Shown here: in pieces, positions 28,591 to 42,881 of the stretch
Position numbering within the stretch: the first letter of the stretch is position 1
Layout of the letters: the number at the start of each line of letters is the position of its first letter
NCBI GenBank assembly: GCA_951406725.2
Contig: OX597816.1
Location: forward strand, 116,498,001 to 116,562,000
Length of the DNA: 64,000 nt
Reading direction: 5' to 3'
Source: Octopus vulgaris
Taxonomy: Eukaryota
Position numbers and translations under genes: made by a program
The notes under the pieces: generated by a model
What the model was told of the DNA's origin: nothing
What the model saw: the letters and a program-made list of their open reading frames with translations, nothing else
Database searches by the model: none

Positions 28591-29547
28591 CAACATTTGA
28601 TAGTTTCAGAAAAATTTCTATTGCATCACCTGCTACACCTCCGTGTTGCTGAGGTGCGTGTAGCTTTGTGTGTTCTTTCTTGTTGGGAGAGTACAAATTC
28701 TTCCTGAAATTGTATTGTATCAGTTTGTTTTCTTATGGGATTTGGTTGCAATCTTTTGTTGCATTAGTATTTGCATTGCGTATGTAATTGGAGTTGCGTT
28801 CTGTTGGCTATCCAGCCTGTAGAGTATATCTTGCGGGGGTTGTTTATTTTATTGGATATTTATTCAATAGTGTCCTCGTGTTTATGAATTATTTTGTTTA
28901 GGTTGTACTATTGAATCGATAGTGTCTTGAGATGTGGGCTGTTCCTAGCAGAGCTATGTTTTTTAGATAGTATGTAGTGTTGACGGTCCAGGTATAGTTG
29001 ATACGTTTTTGTTCATACACTTTTGGGTTTTTTATCATGCCCAATGCTCCAGTTATTACTGGTATCGTTTTCACCTTCATACCCCACATCTTGAATACTT
29101 CAATTTCAAAGTCTTTGTACTTTGACAATTTCTCCACTTCTTTTTAGACTATATTTTGGTCAAAAGGGTCTTCAATGCCTCTCAGTAAGTAGATGTATTT
29201 CCCCCCAATCTTTGATTATTATGTCTGAGTGATTAGCTTTTATTTCTTTGTCAGTTTGAACAGGTATATCCCAGACGATTATGACCTTGTCGTTGCCATG
29301 TACCTTGTTTGTTTGGCACGTGCTCATATCATGTCTTGTTGGATTTTATTTTGTAATGTTAGCATATTGTCTCGTGGATATAATTAATTACTCGGTAATA
29401 TCTGTATATATATTCAGATTTGGCTAAAACTGGACAGCCAAAGATGATGTGATCAACTGTTTCCTTGTACTGGTTGGACATTCTACAGTTGGTGTTAGGG
29501 CCTGTTTTCTATTATTTTACTTTTGTAGTGGTTTGGTGTTGGTCTTC
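28591..29547 (-). mobile_element. R4/Dong-type 3' fragment (family 3), degraded
   Basis: ETVDHIIFGCPVLA, WDIPVQTDKEIKANHSDIII, EKLSKYKDFEIEV and ALLGTAHI, then a 3'UTR and (TAA)/(TGA) tract. Confidence 0.88.
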
Positions 29548-29559
29548 ATTATTAGTATT

Positions 29560-29664
<105 letters not shown>

Positions 29665-30215
29665 GAGTGGGAGAGCAGTGCACGCCATCAAAGTGGCACT
29701 GGGGTAAACTATACTAAGCCAAGCATACCCATCATGACTACCCGTCTGATAAGGGTACACTAGGCACATGCATCACAACTATATGTGCGCCACATGGTGA
29801 TCTCAAATCAAGATAAACAGCACATGACCTTGCAGGTGGAGCCCAGTTAGAATTTTCTTCTGGTCGAGTAGCCCATGCCGCTCAAAAGGTCCCTGAATAA
29901 AGGTGGTTTAAGAATGTTGAACGAAACACCCGTGTTTCCAAAGGTGAATTATTCAAACCCCAAAGAATCCATCTCAACACATGGCTATGATGCTCCCCCA
30001 CTACTTCTGCTTGTGATCAGAGATGCGCATATCGTCAGCCACTAAGGGATATGCTCAACTGGTTAAGGTCAAACAACTGATAAGCAAATATGTAGTATTA
30101 AGCAGATTATTTGCTGTATCCCATCTTTTATACCAAGACAAAACAATGTATATAACACTTCCATCCAGTTACGACCAGAAGTCACGAGAGCCACTGCCTG
30201 GTACTGCATCAGGGC
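29665..30215 (-). mobile_element. Non-coding (TAA)n-tailed retroposon, copy 3
   Basis: Colinear with 1431-1965; bounded by (ATT)n on both sides. Confidence 0.8.
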
Positions 30216-30237
30216 ATTTTTTATTATTATTTCTTTT

Positions 30238-30303
<66 letters not shown>

Positions 30304-30306
<3 letters not shown>

Positions 30307-32071
30307 TAGTTTTATTTTTATAGCGTGCTTTCACTTCACTACCGACCGCAGCTCTATGTGCCTTGGGTATGTGCTGTGATTTGTTGTGATAATCTGATGG
30401 TTATTGTATGGAAAGTGCTCTGCGTAGGATGTGTGCAGTGCCTAGTAGTGCGATTTTCTGTATGTTATGTGTTTGTAAGTCCTGGTGCTTTTGTTATGTA
30501 TTTGTCTGAATATTTTTTTATCATGCCTAATGCACCTAATATGATAGGAATTGTCACTGTTTTCAGATTCCACATTCTGGTTACCTCTATTTCCAGGTCT
30601 TTGTATCATGAGAGTTTCTCCATTTCTTTTAGAGACACGTTGTCATCTGCCAGTATTGATACATCAATTAGAAAGCATTTTTTTCTTCATGATCTCTGAC
30701 AACTATATCTGGTCTGTTGGCCTTAATTTCTCTATCTGTGTGTATCGGCATATCCCAGAGTATGGTTGCTTTCTCGTTTTCTGTGACCTTTTCTGGTGTG
30801 TGCCTATACCATCTTTTTTCTGTTGTTATTCCATAATGTTGGCATAGCTTCCAGTGTATGTAGGTTCCAACTCTGTCATGTCTGTGAATATATTCCTTCT
30901 TAGCCAGGACTGGGCAGCCAGAGATAATATGATTTATTGTTTCTTGTCCATCTCCACATATTCTGCAGTTACTTGTTATATTTCTTTTCATTACATGTTT
31001 TTGGTAATTTCTGATGGGGAGACTTTGGTCTTGTGCTGCAATTAAAAATCCCTCTGTTTCTGCTTTGAGTCCTGAGCTTCTCAACCATTGCTGGGATTTT
31101 TCTTTGTCTATTTCTTTTGCGTTTAGTTTAGTCCAGTATTGACCATGAAGGGGATTTTCTTGCCATCGCTTTATCATGGTTCGTTGCTGTTCTATTTTTA
31201 CTTTGGATTTCCTTTGTTTTATAGCTTTTGTTGTTTCTTCATCTTCTTCTTCTTCTTCTTCATATTTATTAGGTGGTATGATTTCTTGTTTGTATTTGTC
31301 AGCTTCCTTAAATACTGAGATCAGTTTTTTGTTTTGCTCGTGTTTTGCCGCTATTTGTATCAGTTTTCCTTCCTTCTGAAGTAGATATTTTTGCAGTCCT
31401 ATGGTGGTTATTTTATAGTAGTTTTCCAGTTGTATAAGGCCTCTACCACCTTCTATACGTTGTATAAATAGTTTTTCTATGTCAGATTTTGGGTGAGGCA
31501 TCCTAGATCCTGTCATTATTTTTCTTGTTTTCCTATCTATTTTGGTCAGTTCATTTAGTGTCCAGTTAAGGGTATTGTAGCTGTAACTTATAACTGGGAC
31601 AGCTAAAGTGTTAATACCTATTATCTTGTTTTTAGCATTGAGCTCTGTTTTTAGTATTGATCTAACTCGTCTATAATATTCTTTTTTTATTTTCTCTTTC
31701 ATTTGTCTTATCTAGTTCATGGATTCCTAAGTATTTGTAAGTTTGGCTTTGGTCTAATTCTTTTATTTCATTGGTTTTGTCTAGTGTGATGTTGCTACTC
31801 TTAACTAGTTTTCTTCTTTTCATGGTTACTTTGGCGCATTTTTGTAATCCAAATTTCATATCTATTTCTTTGGTAAATCCATGAACTGTCTTTAATAGTG
31901 TTTCCAGCTGTTTGTCATTTGCAGCGTATAGTTTTAGGTCATCCATATATAAAAGGTGGCTGATCGTTTTGCCGTAACATTTATATCCGCATCCAGTTCT
32001 ATTTAGCATATCAGATAGAGGTGACAGTGCCAAGCAGAAAAGGAGTGGAGAGAGCGTGCCTCCCTGGAATA
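30304..32071 (-). mobile_element. R4/Dong-type retrotransposon family 1, copy A (5'-truncated within RT)
   Basis: QG.TLSPLLF, YMDD, YKYLG, CRICG..ETINHIISGC, RHD and RPDIVV. An 11-nt deletion near 31703 and a frameshift near 30680; (TAA)n tail. Confidence 0.95.
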
Positions 32072-32092
32072 ATAATAATAATATTATTATTA

Positions 32093-32165
<73 letters not shown>

Positions 32166-32168
<3 letters not shown>

Positions 32169-32385
32169 GTCGACGATCTGGCAGAATCGATAGCACACCG
32201 GACCAAATGCTCAGCGGTGTTTCGTCTGTCACTACATTCTGAGTTCAAGTTCCAACGAGGTCGACCTTGCCTTCTATCCTTTCGAGGTCGATACATTATG
32301 TACCAGTGAAACACTGGGGTCAATGTAATCGACTAGTCCCTTCCCCAAAAATTTCAGGCCTAGTGCTTGTAGTAGAAAGGACTAT
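32166..32385 (+). mobile_element. Main-family SINE inside the (ATT)n train
   Basis: Head, B box, core and tail gtagaaagga present; (ATT)n on both sides. Confidence 0.85.
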
Positions 32386-32400
32386 TCTTCTTATTATTAA

Positions 32401-32470
<70 letters not shown>

Positions 32471-32497
32471 GTTATTATTATTATTATTATTATTATT

Positions 32498-32986
32498 CTA
32501 TGTTTGACTTTTGCTTTACATTTGCACAAGATGGCTCCAAGTTTCACCCAGAGACCTCAAGAGATAACAAGTTGGAAGTTCATGTTGGTGTTATGCCTAG
32601 GGTGCCATATATTTGGTTTTGTACTTAGCGTTGTACTAGTGAATGCCTAAAAACCATACGAAAATTATGTTTGTTTTAAAACTTGAGATTACATAGAAAG
32701 TATTTTGCGTAGGATATGAGCAGTTCCCATGAGCACTATCTTTTGAATTTCTGTCATTTTGGGGCTTCCTGGTATCTCAGTTAGGTAGCAATCAGCCCCT
32801 TTTGCTGTCATTCCCAGGGCACCTATGACAACAGGTATTGTTTTAGTCTTCAGGTTCCACATTTTGCTGATTTCTATTTCCAAATCTTTATATTTGCTCA
32901 ATTTCTGGTAGGTCTTGACAGATACGTTTATATCGATTGGGAGAGTCATATCAATGAGGAGGCATGTATTCTGTCTCAAGTCTTTT
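32498..32986 (-). mobile_element. R4/Dong-type 3' fragment (family 2)
   Basis: ORF 32689..33000: CLLIDMTLP..KLSKYKDLEIEI..IPVVIGALG..GTAHILRK; distinct 3'UTR; (TAA)n flanks. Confidence 0.9.
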
Positions 32987-32996
32987 ATTATTATTA

Positions 32997-33055
<59 letters not shown>

Positions 33056-33058
<3 letters not shown>

Positions 33059-36055
33059 TAGTTTTATTTTTATATCGTGCTTTCACTTCACTACCGAGCG
33101 CAGCTCTGTGTGCCTTAGGTATGTGCTGTGATTTGTTGTGATGCTCTGATGGTTATTGTATGGAAAGTGTTCTGCGTAGGATGTGTGCAGTGCCTAGTAG
33201 TGCGTTGTTCTGTATGTTATATGTGTTTGTAAGTTCTGGTGTTTTTGTTATGTATTTGTCTGAATATTTTTTTATCATGCCTAATGCACCTACTATGATA
33301 GGAATTGTTTCTGTTTTTAGATTCCACATTCTGGTTACCTCTATTTCCAGGTCTTTGTATTTTGAAAGTTTCTCCATTTCTTTTAGAGACACGTTGTCAT
33401 CCGCTGGTATTGATACATCAATTAGAAAGCATTTTTTTCTTCATGATCTCTGACAACTATATCTGGTCTGTTGTCCTTAATTTCTCCATCTGTGTGTATC
33501 GGCATATCCCAGAGTATGGTTGCTTTCTCGTTTTCTGTGACCTTTTCTGGTGTGTGCCTATACCATCTTTTTTCTGTTGTTATTCCATAATGTTGGCATA
33601 GCTTCCAGTGTATGTAGGTTCCAACTCTGTCATGTCTATGAATATACTCCTTCTCAGCCAGGACTGGGCAGCCAGAGATAATATGATTTATTGTTTCTTG
33701 TCCATCTCCACATATTCTGCAGTTACTTGTTATATTTCTTTTCATTACATGTTTTTGGTAATTTCTGATGGGGAGGCTTTGGTCTTGTGCTGCAATTAAA
33801 AATCCCTCTGTTTCTGCTTTGAGTCCTGAGCTTCTCAACCATTGCTGGGATTTTTCTTTGTCTATTTCTTTTGCGTTTAGTTTAGTCCAGTATTGACCAT
33901 GAAGGGGATTTTCTTGCCATCGCTTTATCATGGTTCGTTGCTGTTCTATTTTTACTTTGGATTTCCTTTGTTTTATAGCTTTTGTTGTTTCTTCATCTTC
34001 TTCTTCTTCTTCTTCTTCATATTTATTAGGTGGTATGATTTCTTGTTTGTATTTGTCAGCTTCCTTAAATACTGAGATCAGTTTTTTGTTTTGCTCGTGT
34101 TTTGCCGCTATTTGTATCAGTTTTCCTTCCTTCTGAAGTAGATATTTTTGCAGTCCTATGGTGGTTATTTTATAGTAGTTTTTCAGCTGTATAAGGCCTC
34201 TACCACCTTCTATACGTTGTATATATAGTCTTTCTATATCAGATTTTGGGTGATGCATCCTAGATCCTGTCATTATTTTTCTTGTTTTCCTATCTATTTT
34301 GGTCAGTTCATTTAGTGTCCAGTTAAGGGTATTGTAGCTGTAACTTATAACTGGGACAGCTAAAGTGTTAATACCTATTATCTTGTTTTTAGTATTGAGC
34401 TCTGTTTTTAGTATTGATCTAACTCGTCTATAATATTCTTCTTTTATTTTCTCTTTCATTTGTGTGTGTTGTGTCTTACCTAGTTCATGGATTCCTAAGT
34501 ATTTGTAAGTTTGGCTTTGGTCTTATTCTTTTATTTCATTGGTTTTATCTAATGTGATGTTGCTACTCTTAACTAGTTTTCCTCTTTTCATGGTTACTTT
34601 GGCGCATTTTTGTAATCCAAATTTCATATCTATTTCTTTGGTAAATCCATGAACTGTCTTTAATAGTGTTTCCAGCTATTTGTCATTTGCAGCGTATAGT
34701 TTTAGGTCACCCATATATAAAAGGTGGCTGATCGTTTTGCCGTAACATTTATATCCGCATCCAGTTCTATTTAGCATATCAGATAGAGGTGACAGTGCCA
34801 AGCAGAAAAGGAGTGGAGAGAGCGTGTCTCCCTGGAATATTCCTCTTCTAATGGCGTTGGCTTTGGTTTTCATGAGTCCCTCTTTTGTTTGGAGCTGTAG
34901 TACTGTTTGCCATTTATTCATAGAGTGCCCTATGAATTTTATAATTGTTGGTGCTACTTTGTTAATGGCTAGTGTTTCGAGGATCCATGTGTGGAGGATG
35001 CTATCAAACGCCTTTTTGTAGTCGATCCAGGCCATACTGAGGCCTTTCTTCTTTCTGTGGCTATCTTCAGTTATGGCTTTATTAATCATTAGTTGATCTT
35101 TACAGCCTTATGAATCTTTGCGGCATCCTTTCTGCTCTTCTGGAAACAGGTTGTTTTCGTCCAGGTGCTTGTTCAACCTTTGCGATATCACTGCAATAAA
35201 TGCCTTGTACATTGTAGGGAGGCAGGTTATTGGTCTGTAGTTTTCAGGTTTTGCTGTCTCATTTGGTTTGGGAGTTAAGATGGTTTTCCCCTTCGTGAGC
35301 CATTCAGGCATTGTCACTGGCTCTGCTAGTATGTTGTTAAAGTTTTCAGCCAGCTTTTTGTGCATTCCTTTTAGATATTTCAACCAGAAGTTCGGGATCT
35401 TTTCATGCCCAGGTGCCTTCCAGTTGCTTAGTTTCTGCAGTGCCTGGGTGACCTCTTCAGTTGTTATGGGGATCCAAAGTTGCTCAGATGCTGAGTTTGT
35501 GGTTTTAATACTTTTTTTTTTTGGTTGTTCGTTCGCCGACCATACTTCTCTCCAGAATTCTTCCACTTCTTCTGCCGTTGGTGCTGCAGTGATTTCTATT
35601 TTATTTTTGCCAAGTTCTTGATAGAACTTTTTGGGGTTGGAGTTGAACTTTTTGTTTTGTTCAAAGAAGCGTTGGCGTTTCTCGTATCGGCGGATCCTTT
35701 GCGCTTTGGCAAGGAAGTCTTGCTTCAGCTTTTCTTTTATCTCAGGTAAATCTTTTTCTGTGATGTTATATTTGCGGAGTATTTTTGTTTTCTTTTTGTT
35801 GCTCAGTAGCGTTGATTGTCTACTGATTTCATTAAGAATCGACAGATCTTTTCTTATTTTTTGAATTTTGTTTTGGATGTTATTTATCCACAAGGTTTGT
35901 TTGGGTGATGGTACTCCTGCTTGGATGGGTTTGAGTGAGTATCCAGCTTCTTTTGTGGCTGCAGTGGCTGCTGCGTATACTAAGTCATTTAGCTTAGTGA
36001 TATCGCTTTTTGTTTCAGTGGCTATTAGTTCCGTGACGGCTAGGTTCATGCTAGG

Positions 36056-36057
<2 letters not shown>
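33056..36057 (-). mobile_element. R4/Dong-type retrotransposon family 1, copy B (~3 kb; RT, CCHC and restriction-like endonuclease), disabled
   Basis: ORFs 35108..36049, 34676..35089, 33422..34459 and 33153..33392 form one broken frame: NWKAPG, YRPITCL, EQKGC, WIDYKKAFDS, GIFQGDTLSP, YMGD (mutated YMDD), CCHC, RHD and RPD..D..K. In-frame stops at ~35108, ~34676 and ~34523. Confidence 0.96.
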
Positions 36058-36126
<69 letters not shown>

Positions 36127-36139
36127 GATTATTATCATC

Positions 36140-36297
36140 ATTTACTTTTAATCTACTTGTTTCTTACAATCACTCGCTGAGACACACCTAGCGTCATAGG
36201 GCGAGTAAAGGATAATAGATGTTACAATATGACTGAAAGCTTGGAGTGAGGAATCGGCAAGGGCAGTAGCGAAATACCTTCATGCAATACAACATAT
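36140..36297 (-). mobile_element. R4/Dong family 4 3'UTR fragment
   Basis: Reverse-complement similarity to 6035-6170 (catgaag.tatttcgctact, tgtaacatct, ggtgtgtctcagc); its 3' end faces the (TAA)n tract. Confidence 0.7.
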
Positions 36298-37503
36298 ATA
36301 TATAGGCAGCACGGAATTTTGTCAGTGAACAGGTCGCAGTCTCAAAGCGATAAAAATATTTTGGCAAATTAAATTTAAATGTTGAAGTGACTCTAACGTT
36401 TTTTGTGTGTTTTTAAATGGCTTATAAACACCTTCCATACTGCAATTGTGTGTGTGTGTGTGTGTAATTGTAAATAAATATATGCAAGAATACATATTGA
36501 ATTAATGTATTACTACCTGCATATGCAGTAAATAGCAACCTGCAGAATAACAGTGAAAAGTTTAAAATTTAACAATCCACAAAAAATACAAAAAGATCAC
36601 TACTAAAATAGTATAATTATATGTACAAAACTTTATAAATGTGTGTGTATGTTAATGGTTGTAAGTATGTATGTATGGATGCATGTCTGCATGTGTGTAT
36701 GTATGTATAAATCATCATGGAGATAATTACAAGAAATTAAGAAGCACAACAGATAAAAATATTTTTACAAAAATTTAAACAAAATGACGACCATTCCTGA
36801 AGATGAGTGCTTCCACTCCTACGAATTTTGACTTTCATGTCATAAGCACAATCATCGTTTTACAAAATAAATGAATTTCTAATTTGTTTTTTATTTGATG
36901 AGTTGAAAACAAAGCAAAATATCTAAAAAAAAAAAACTAGGATATAAATTTTTTAAATGCAATTATAGCCATTAAAAACTACATTTTCCAATTCACATTT
37001 ACCATTATCTTTACGAGATATTTGAAATTTTATTTTATTTCATTCTTATTTCCTTGTCGTAGTTGATGGTACTGATTAAAGATGATGATGATGATGAGGA
37101 GGAGGAGGAGGAGGAGGAGGAGGAGGAGGAGGAGGAGGAGGAGGAAGAGGATAATGCTGTCATTGTTGTTTTGTTGTCGTCGATGTCGTTGGTTAAGGAT
37201 GGATTCATTAGAAACATATATTTTTAAAAAAAGACATCTTAGTGTGTGGAGTGATAAACATTGGTTTGAATTATCATTTACTATTATAAATGTATTTAGC
37301 TATTCATTTGTTTGTTTTAGTGTGTGTGATGCATATTCTTGAACAAAGGAGATTTTAATTGGGTCTGCATATATGCGCACGCATGTTTGTGTGGATGTCA
37401 ATACATGTGCGAATGCAATCTAAAGAACGTCATATTATTACACAGAAAGTTTATAATAATTTATTATAGGCTTATAGAACGATATCCATGTTGTAGTCCA
37501 ACT

Positions 37504-37850
37504 AAGGCGGTGAGCTGACGGAAACATTAGCACACCGGGTGAAATGCTTAGCAGTATTTCGTCTGTCTTTACGTTCTGAGTTCAAATTTCGCCGAGGTCG
37601 ACTTTGCCCTTCATCCTTTCGGGGTCGATTAAATAAGTACCAGTTACGCACTGGGGTCGATATAATCGACTTAATCCGTTTGTCTGTCCTTGTTTGTACT
37701 CTCTGTGTTTAGCCCCTTGTGGGTAGTAAAGAAATGGGTATTTCGTCTACCGCTACGTTCTGAGTTCAAATTCTTTCGGGGTCGATAAATTAAGTACCAG
37801 TTGCATACTGGGGTCGGTCTAATCGGGCCTTGTGCCTAGAGTAGAAAAGA
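37504..37850 (+). mobile_element. Dimeric main-family SINE (tail-B monomer plus headless tail-A monomer)
   Basis: Junction ..gggtagtaaagaaat|gggtatttcgtc near 37735. Confidence 0.88.
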
Positions 37851-38160
37851 GTATTATAGTCATGATTTTGACAACTTTGCCTATAAGACGCTTTATTCTT
37901 CTTAAGTTCAGCATCTTCAATAGCAAATTAGTCTCAGATAGGCCGCCTAATCTTTAAATGAACATTCTAACACACAGTTTACTCACGGTATCTATGTCCT
38001 CGAAGTAGATAAAACTATAAACATTAGCGTAACCCTGGGCTACAAAAATCCCTTGAATACGGGTAACTATTGACGTTTTCCATCCAAGGGGTGTTTTAAC
38101 TCAATATTCTAAACGCAATTATTTTTAACTTTATCTTTTTCAAGTTACATTTTTCAAGCG

Positions 38161-38254
<94 letters not shown>

Positions 38255-38585
38255 GTATATATGGCAAAGAACAAAATATAATAAGGCAAGGTGGGATAAT
38301 TTCACAGTTAATATAACTAGCTTTGACACTCAAGGAAGCGGAAGAGGTAACTGCTATAATGTTTTATATATTGTCCTTTGAATCTTAAACAAAAAAAGTT
38401 AAATTATTCGACCATCTGATAAGCCTAAGTTCCTTCAAGTGAACTTTCAAACAGACTGTATGATGCAAGATGAACAGCAATTTGTCAGAGACCTCATGAC
38501 TACCAGACATCGTGCCTAATGTCATTTAGCTTGTGCGTAATTTCTTCTCAAATCCCTTGTTATTGATCAATCATAGGCTAGAATA

Positions 38586-39768
38586 TAGATGTGTCCTAAA
38601 AGAAACTGAACTTTCAAAAAGCAAATTCCTTGCTTGACTTACATGTTAACCAAACTTATTCCCTTCACTAGGAACCTTCATCTTTTCATAAACTACTCTA
38701 CTTTTTTGCAGTTTTAGAAAATGTCTCTGCACTGCTTCGCGGTAATGCAGTCTTTCTCACGGCAATTTTTGTTATTCCATTTATCGTCTGTTTTCAATGA
38801 CCTCTCAAGGTGAATTTCAACTTTGAAAACAATAAAAATTCATGGGGGTCAAATCCGAAGAATAGGGTGACCGAGGGAAATGACATGTCTCGTACTTTAT
38901 CAAAAGATTCAAATATTTGAAATGAAGAGTTTGCAAGTATTAAGTTGTCATGGTGCAGTATCCAGGTTGTATTTGTTCACATCTCGGCTTTTTCTTTCAC
39001 ACTACCTCTCTCAAACGCCTCAAGACATCCAGGTAAAACTATTTATTGATCTGCTAACCACGTGCAACAAACTTTGGATGAACGACCAATCATAACCAGA
39101 TTTGAGTAACTGTGACATGCTTGCTATGGTCGTAGCAGCGATGATCCAACCCATTGCGATAAATGGCTGTTTAGACATCGTCACCACACTTCCACGTTTC
39201 ACCTATCAGCAGACGTGGCACATATTTTGCAACATCAAGATTCATTTTCAATTTCTTCATCAGCACTATACTTTACGGATGTCTGCTTATTGAGAAATTT
39301 CACTGTCTGCCAGGCGTTGATTTTCCACGAATCAAAGCATGGACTTTTGCAATGTGGTTGCCGCCCGTTTTCGAGATTGTCCAGATTCGGAATCATTATT
39401 GTTGAATTTTTCTTTCCAATTTGAAACGTTGGTGCCACTCATAACATGGCTTATGGATCAGTAACCAGAAACCTGTTTCAAAATTAGAAAAGTCTCCGTA
39501 AAAGACTTTTTACATAATTTTACACAAACATACAGACATCTTACCCTTCCAAATCCTCTATGGTGAAACAACTTGCGACAAATCTCCAAGTACGATAAAC
39601 ATACGTTCGTTCTAGGTCATGTAGATCAATGGCTAACTGGCATAACGTTATGGGGCTGTTGGTGCACAGAAGGTAAAGATCCTTGCACACTCCTTACGGT
39701 TGCAAGCTCGTTACGCTAACAGGTTAATACACTGTTTTGAAAGTTTGGGTTATTTTGGAGCAGGCCTG
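38586..39768 (-). mobile_element. Degraded mariner element
   Basis: Broken frames AKYVPRLL, FYLDVLRRLRE, WILHHDN and SPYSSDLTP; decayed TIR-like ends. Confidence 0.8.
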
Positions 39769-40349
39769 GCATAACTTTGTTCAACTTAAATACGGTAAAC
39801 ATGTTCTAGACACCACGCATTTCTACGATATGTGTGTATCACTGGGACACAAATCACCTTTCAGCATGCAAGCTAGTCTTGTGAGATGTCCGGTTTCCTT
39901 AGGTGGAATTGATATATTACTTCGAACTGATTTTTGGCCAGTTGGCCCACATAATATAGATACAAAACATTAATTTTATCAAGCGCTCTCGTAGGTACTA
40001 GCTTCAGATATGCATTTTTAATGTATTTCAAAGAATGACAAATATTTACAACTCCAAATCTTTCTAACACTGTTTTTTGCTGCGTCACTACAACTGAATG
40101 AGAATCAGTTGAATATTTGTGGGGTTTCATCTAGATATCTAGATAAATTCTAGTCTCCTTTTCTTAAGTTGGGGCTGATCACGCGGCTCGTTGGATAGAG
40201 CAGTTTATCCGCAGGAACACGATTCGTGTTTCCGTGGTACTTGTATTTATTTGGATATATTTATGCCCCGAAATGGTCTTTTGACCAGTTACACGAAGTA
40301 GATAAATCTAAAATATTAGATATATTGCGGTCTTTCGTAGTTTCCTGCT

Positions 40350-40390
<41 letters not shown>

Positions 40391-40426
40391 CTGTTGCGTT
40401 TCTCTCTCCCTCTGTGTACATATGTA

Positions 40427-40475
<49 letters not shown>

Positions 40476-41217
40476 CTATATATATACATATGCATACATA
40501 TATGTATGTGTATATGTGTGTGTGTGCATGTGAATGTGTGTGTATAAATACATACATACATACATACATACATACATACATACATACATACAAACATACA
40601 TACATATATATATTTCTTGATTTGTTTCTGTCTCTGGAAAGTGTTTTAATCCATAATATCGCCCCTTGTGCTTATATGTAGTTATTTACTTTATCGACTA
40701 TATGTCCAATGTTTCCAATGCCGATACGCAGCTAAAAAGTTTTAGATAAGTTAATATGCTAGCTTAATCTTCAAAAAATATGATGAACAATAGAATTGTT
40801 TTTCGCTCAGAATTAATAACCGAATTGGTTTGCCTTCAGATGAATATTACGGATATTTTTTCTATGTATCAACGGTGAACATATTTAATATTTGATACAA
40901 CGTCCTCTCTTTAGAATAGGCCTTATTAGAACTTTAAAGACGGTAGATAGTAGAATCGCTTGAGATCTGTACAAAATAGTAAGCAGTATTTAGTTACGTT
41001 CTTATACATTTTGATTTCAAATCCTGCTTGAGATTCGCTTAACTTTCTATTGCAAGCATCCGGCTTGATTTTAATGAAACAGCAGTTATTTACTATAGTC
41101 GATTTAATCAACTATCTCCCACTTTCCTTGGTTCTTTTGCACCTAAATTTAAAGAAAGGCCTTTGACTGCGTAGTTAAATTTCATTGTCATTCCCGTTGT
41201 GATATTTATTATTCACC

Positions 41218-41875
41218 AAGGCGGGGAGCTGGCACAAACGTTAGCACGCCGGGCGAAACGCTTTGCGGTATTTCGTCCGCCGATGCGTTCTGAGTTCAAA
41301 TTACGCCGAGGTCGACTTTGCCTGTCATACTTTCGGGATCGATTAAATAAGTACCAGTTACGCACTGGGGTCGATGTAATCGACTTAATCCGTTTGTTTG
41401 TCCTTGTTTGTCCTCTCTGTGTTTAGCCCCTTATGGGTAGTAAAGAAATAGGTATTTCGCCTGCCGCTACGTTCTGAGTTCAAATTCCGCCGAGGTCGAC
41501 CTTGCCTTTCATCCTTTCGGGGTCGATAAATTAAATACCAGTGAAACACTTGGATCGATGTCATCGACTAGTCCCCTCCCCACAATTTCAGGCCTTGTGC
41601 CTTTAGAAGAAATCGATAATTATTATCCACCATAGAATAGAATTAATATTTTCTGCCTCTAAGGCGGCGAGTTAGCAGAATCGTTAGCATGCGTGCAACA
41701 TTTTTAGCGGCATTTCGTCCTTATTTACGTTCTGCGTTCAAATTTCGCTGAAGTCGACTTTGCCTTTCATCCTTTCAGAGTCGATAAAATAAGTAGCAGT
41801 TGAGTGCTGAGGTCAATGTAATCGATTTATCCCCTCCCTCAAAATAGCTGGCTTCGAGCCAAAATTTGAAATCGG
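41218..41875 (+). mobile_element. Dimeric main-family SINE (41218-41612) plus monomer (41661-41875)
   Basis: Junction ..gggtagtaaagaaat|aggtatttcg near 41449; heads aaggcgg.gag.t.gca. Confidence 0.88.
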
Positions 41876-42329
41876 TATCTTCGACCCATGCAAATACTTT
41901 TTCGGTATCTCTTGTAGGTACAGTTTTCATATCCACTGCTAAATGTATTTGATTTTTGCTCAGTAAAGTGATATTTGATGAAATATGTAAAAAAAACTTT
42001 TTAAAAATCTAGGAAGTTTTCTTCTGTAAAAAAAATATCACTGGGGATGTTTCCGCTTCTAGCAGCAAAAGGCTAAAAATTAAAATTAAAATATTACCAG
42101 TCAAATACTGGCTTTATTTAATTGACTGTTCTCCCTACTACACAAAAATGTTGGCTCTATACGAAATGTAAAGAAAAAAGTAATCCTTGTAAACGTTCTT
42201 CTAATGATTATTAGAATGTGCTTAGCAGTTTCAGAAATACAGTATTTGAGAATAACAAACATTTTCTCCTGTGAGATGAACAAGCAGGTGTTTATATATT
42301 ACAGAAATAACTGTTTGTAACATAGGAAC

Positions 42330-42738
42330 AAGCCTAGAAATCTGGCGGTGCAACAGTTCGTCGGTTAAATGGATTCCAGTACTTGACTAGTACTTTATTT
42401 TATCGACCCTGGAAAAATAAAGAGCAAAGTTGATTTCGCTCGAGATTTGAATTCAGAACGTAAAGAGCCGTATAATTAGTCATTTACCCGACCCTGTAAA
42501 GTGAATTCTTTTGAAATATTTCTTTCTACTATAGATAAGCACAAGGCCTGAAATTTTTGGGGAGGGGAGCTAGTCGATAACATCAATCCCTGTGCACAAC
42601 TGGTACTTATTGCACTGTCCCGAAAGGATGAAAGGCAATGTCAACTTCGGCAGAATTTGAACACAAAAGTAAAGACGGATGAAACACCGCTAAACATTTT
42701 GCCAAGCATGCTAACGATCCTGCCAACTCATCGCCTTT
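42330..42738 (-). mobile_element. Two main-family SINE copies
   Basis: Core and head motifs in reverse complement. Confidence 0.75.
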
Positions 42739-42881
42739 ATCTATTTCGAAACTTTTGAAGTAAGGATTACTGTCATCCCATCCCAAAATTATCTCGTTGA
42801 TAGCTTTGAAATAGGTACTTGGTGTAGCTATTTAGTCCCAGGCAGTTTATAGGAGCAAAAACATAAAATAGGCTCAAGGTA

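Noticed and set aside
30000-30045. CTGACGA/CTGATGA conserved in the non-coding TAA retroposon (also ~1785)
   Set aside because: There is no properly placed GAAA or helices I and III, so it is not called a hammerhead.
36793-36826. attc CTGAAGA t gagtg-cttc-cactc ..gaat
   Set aside because: Half a hammerhead; GAAA and helix III are absent.
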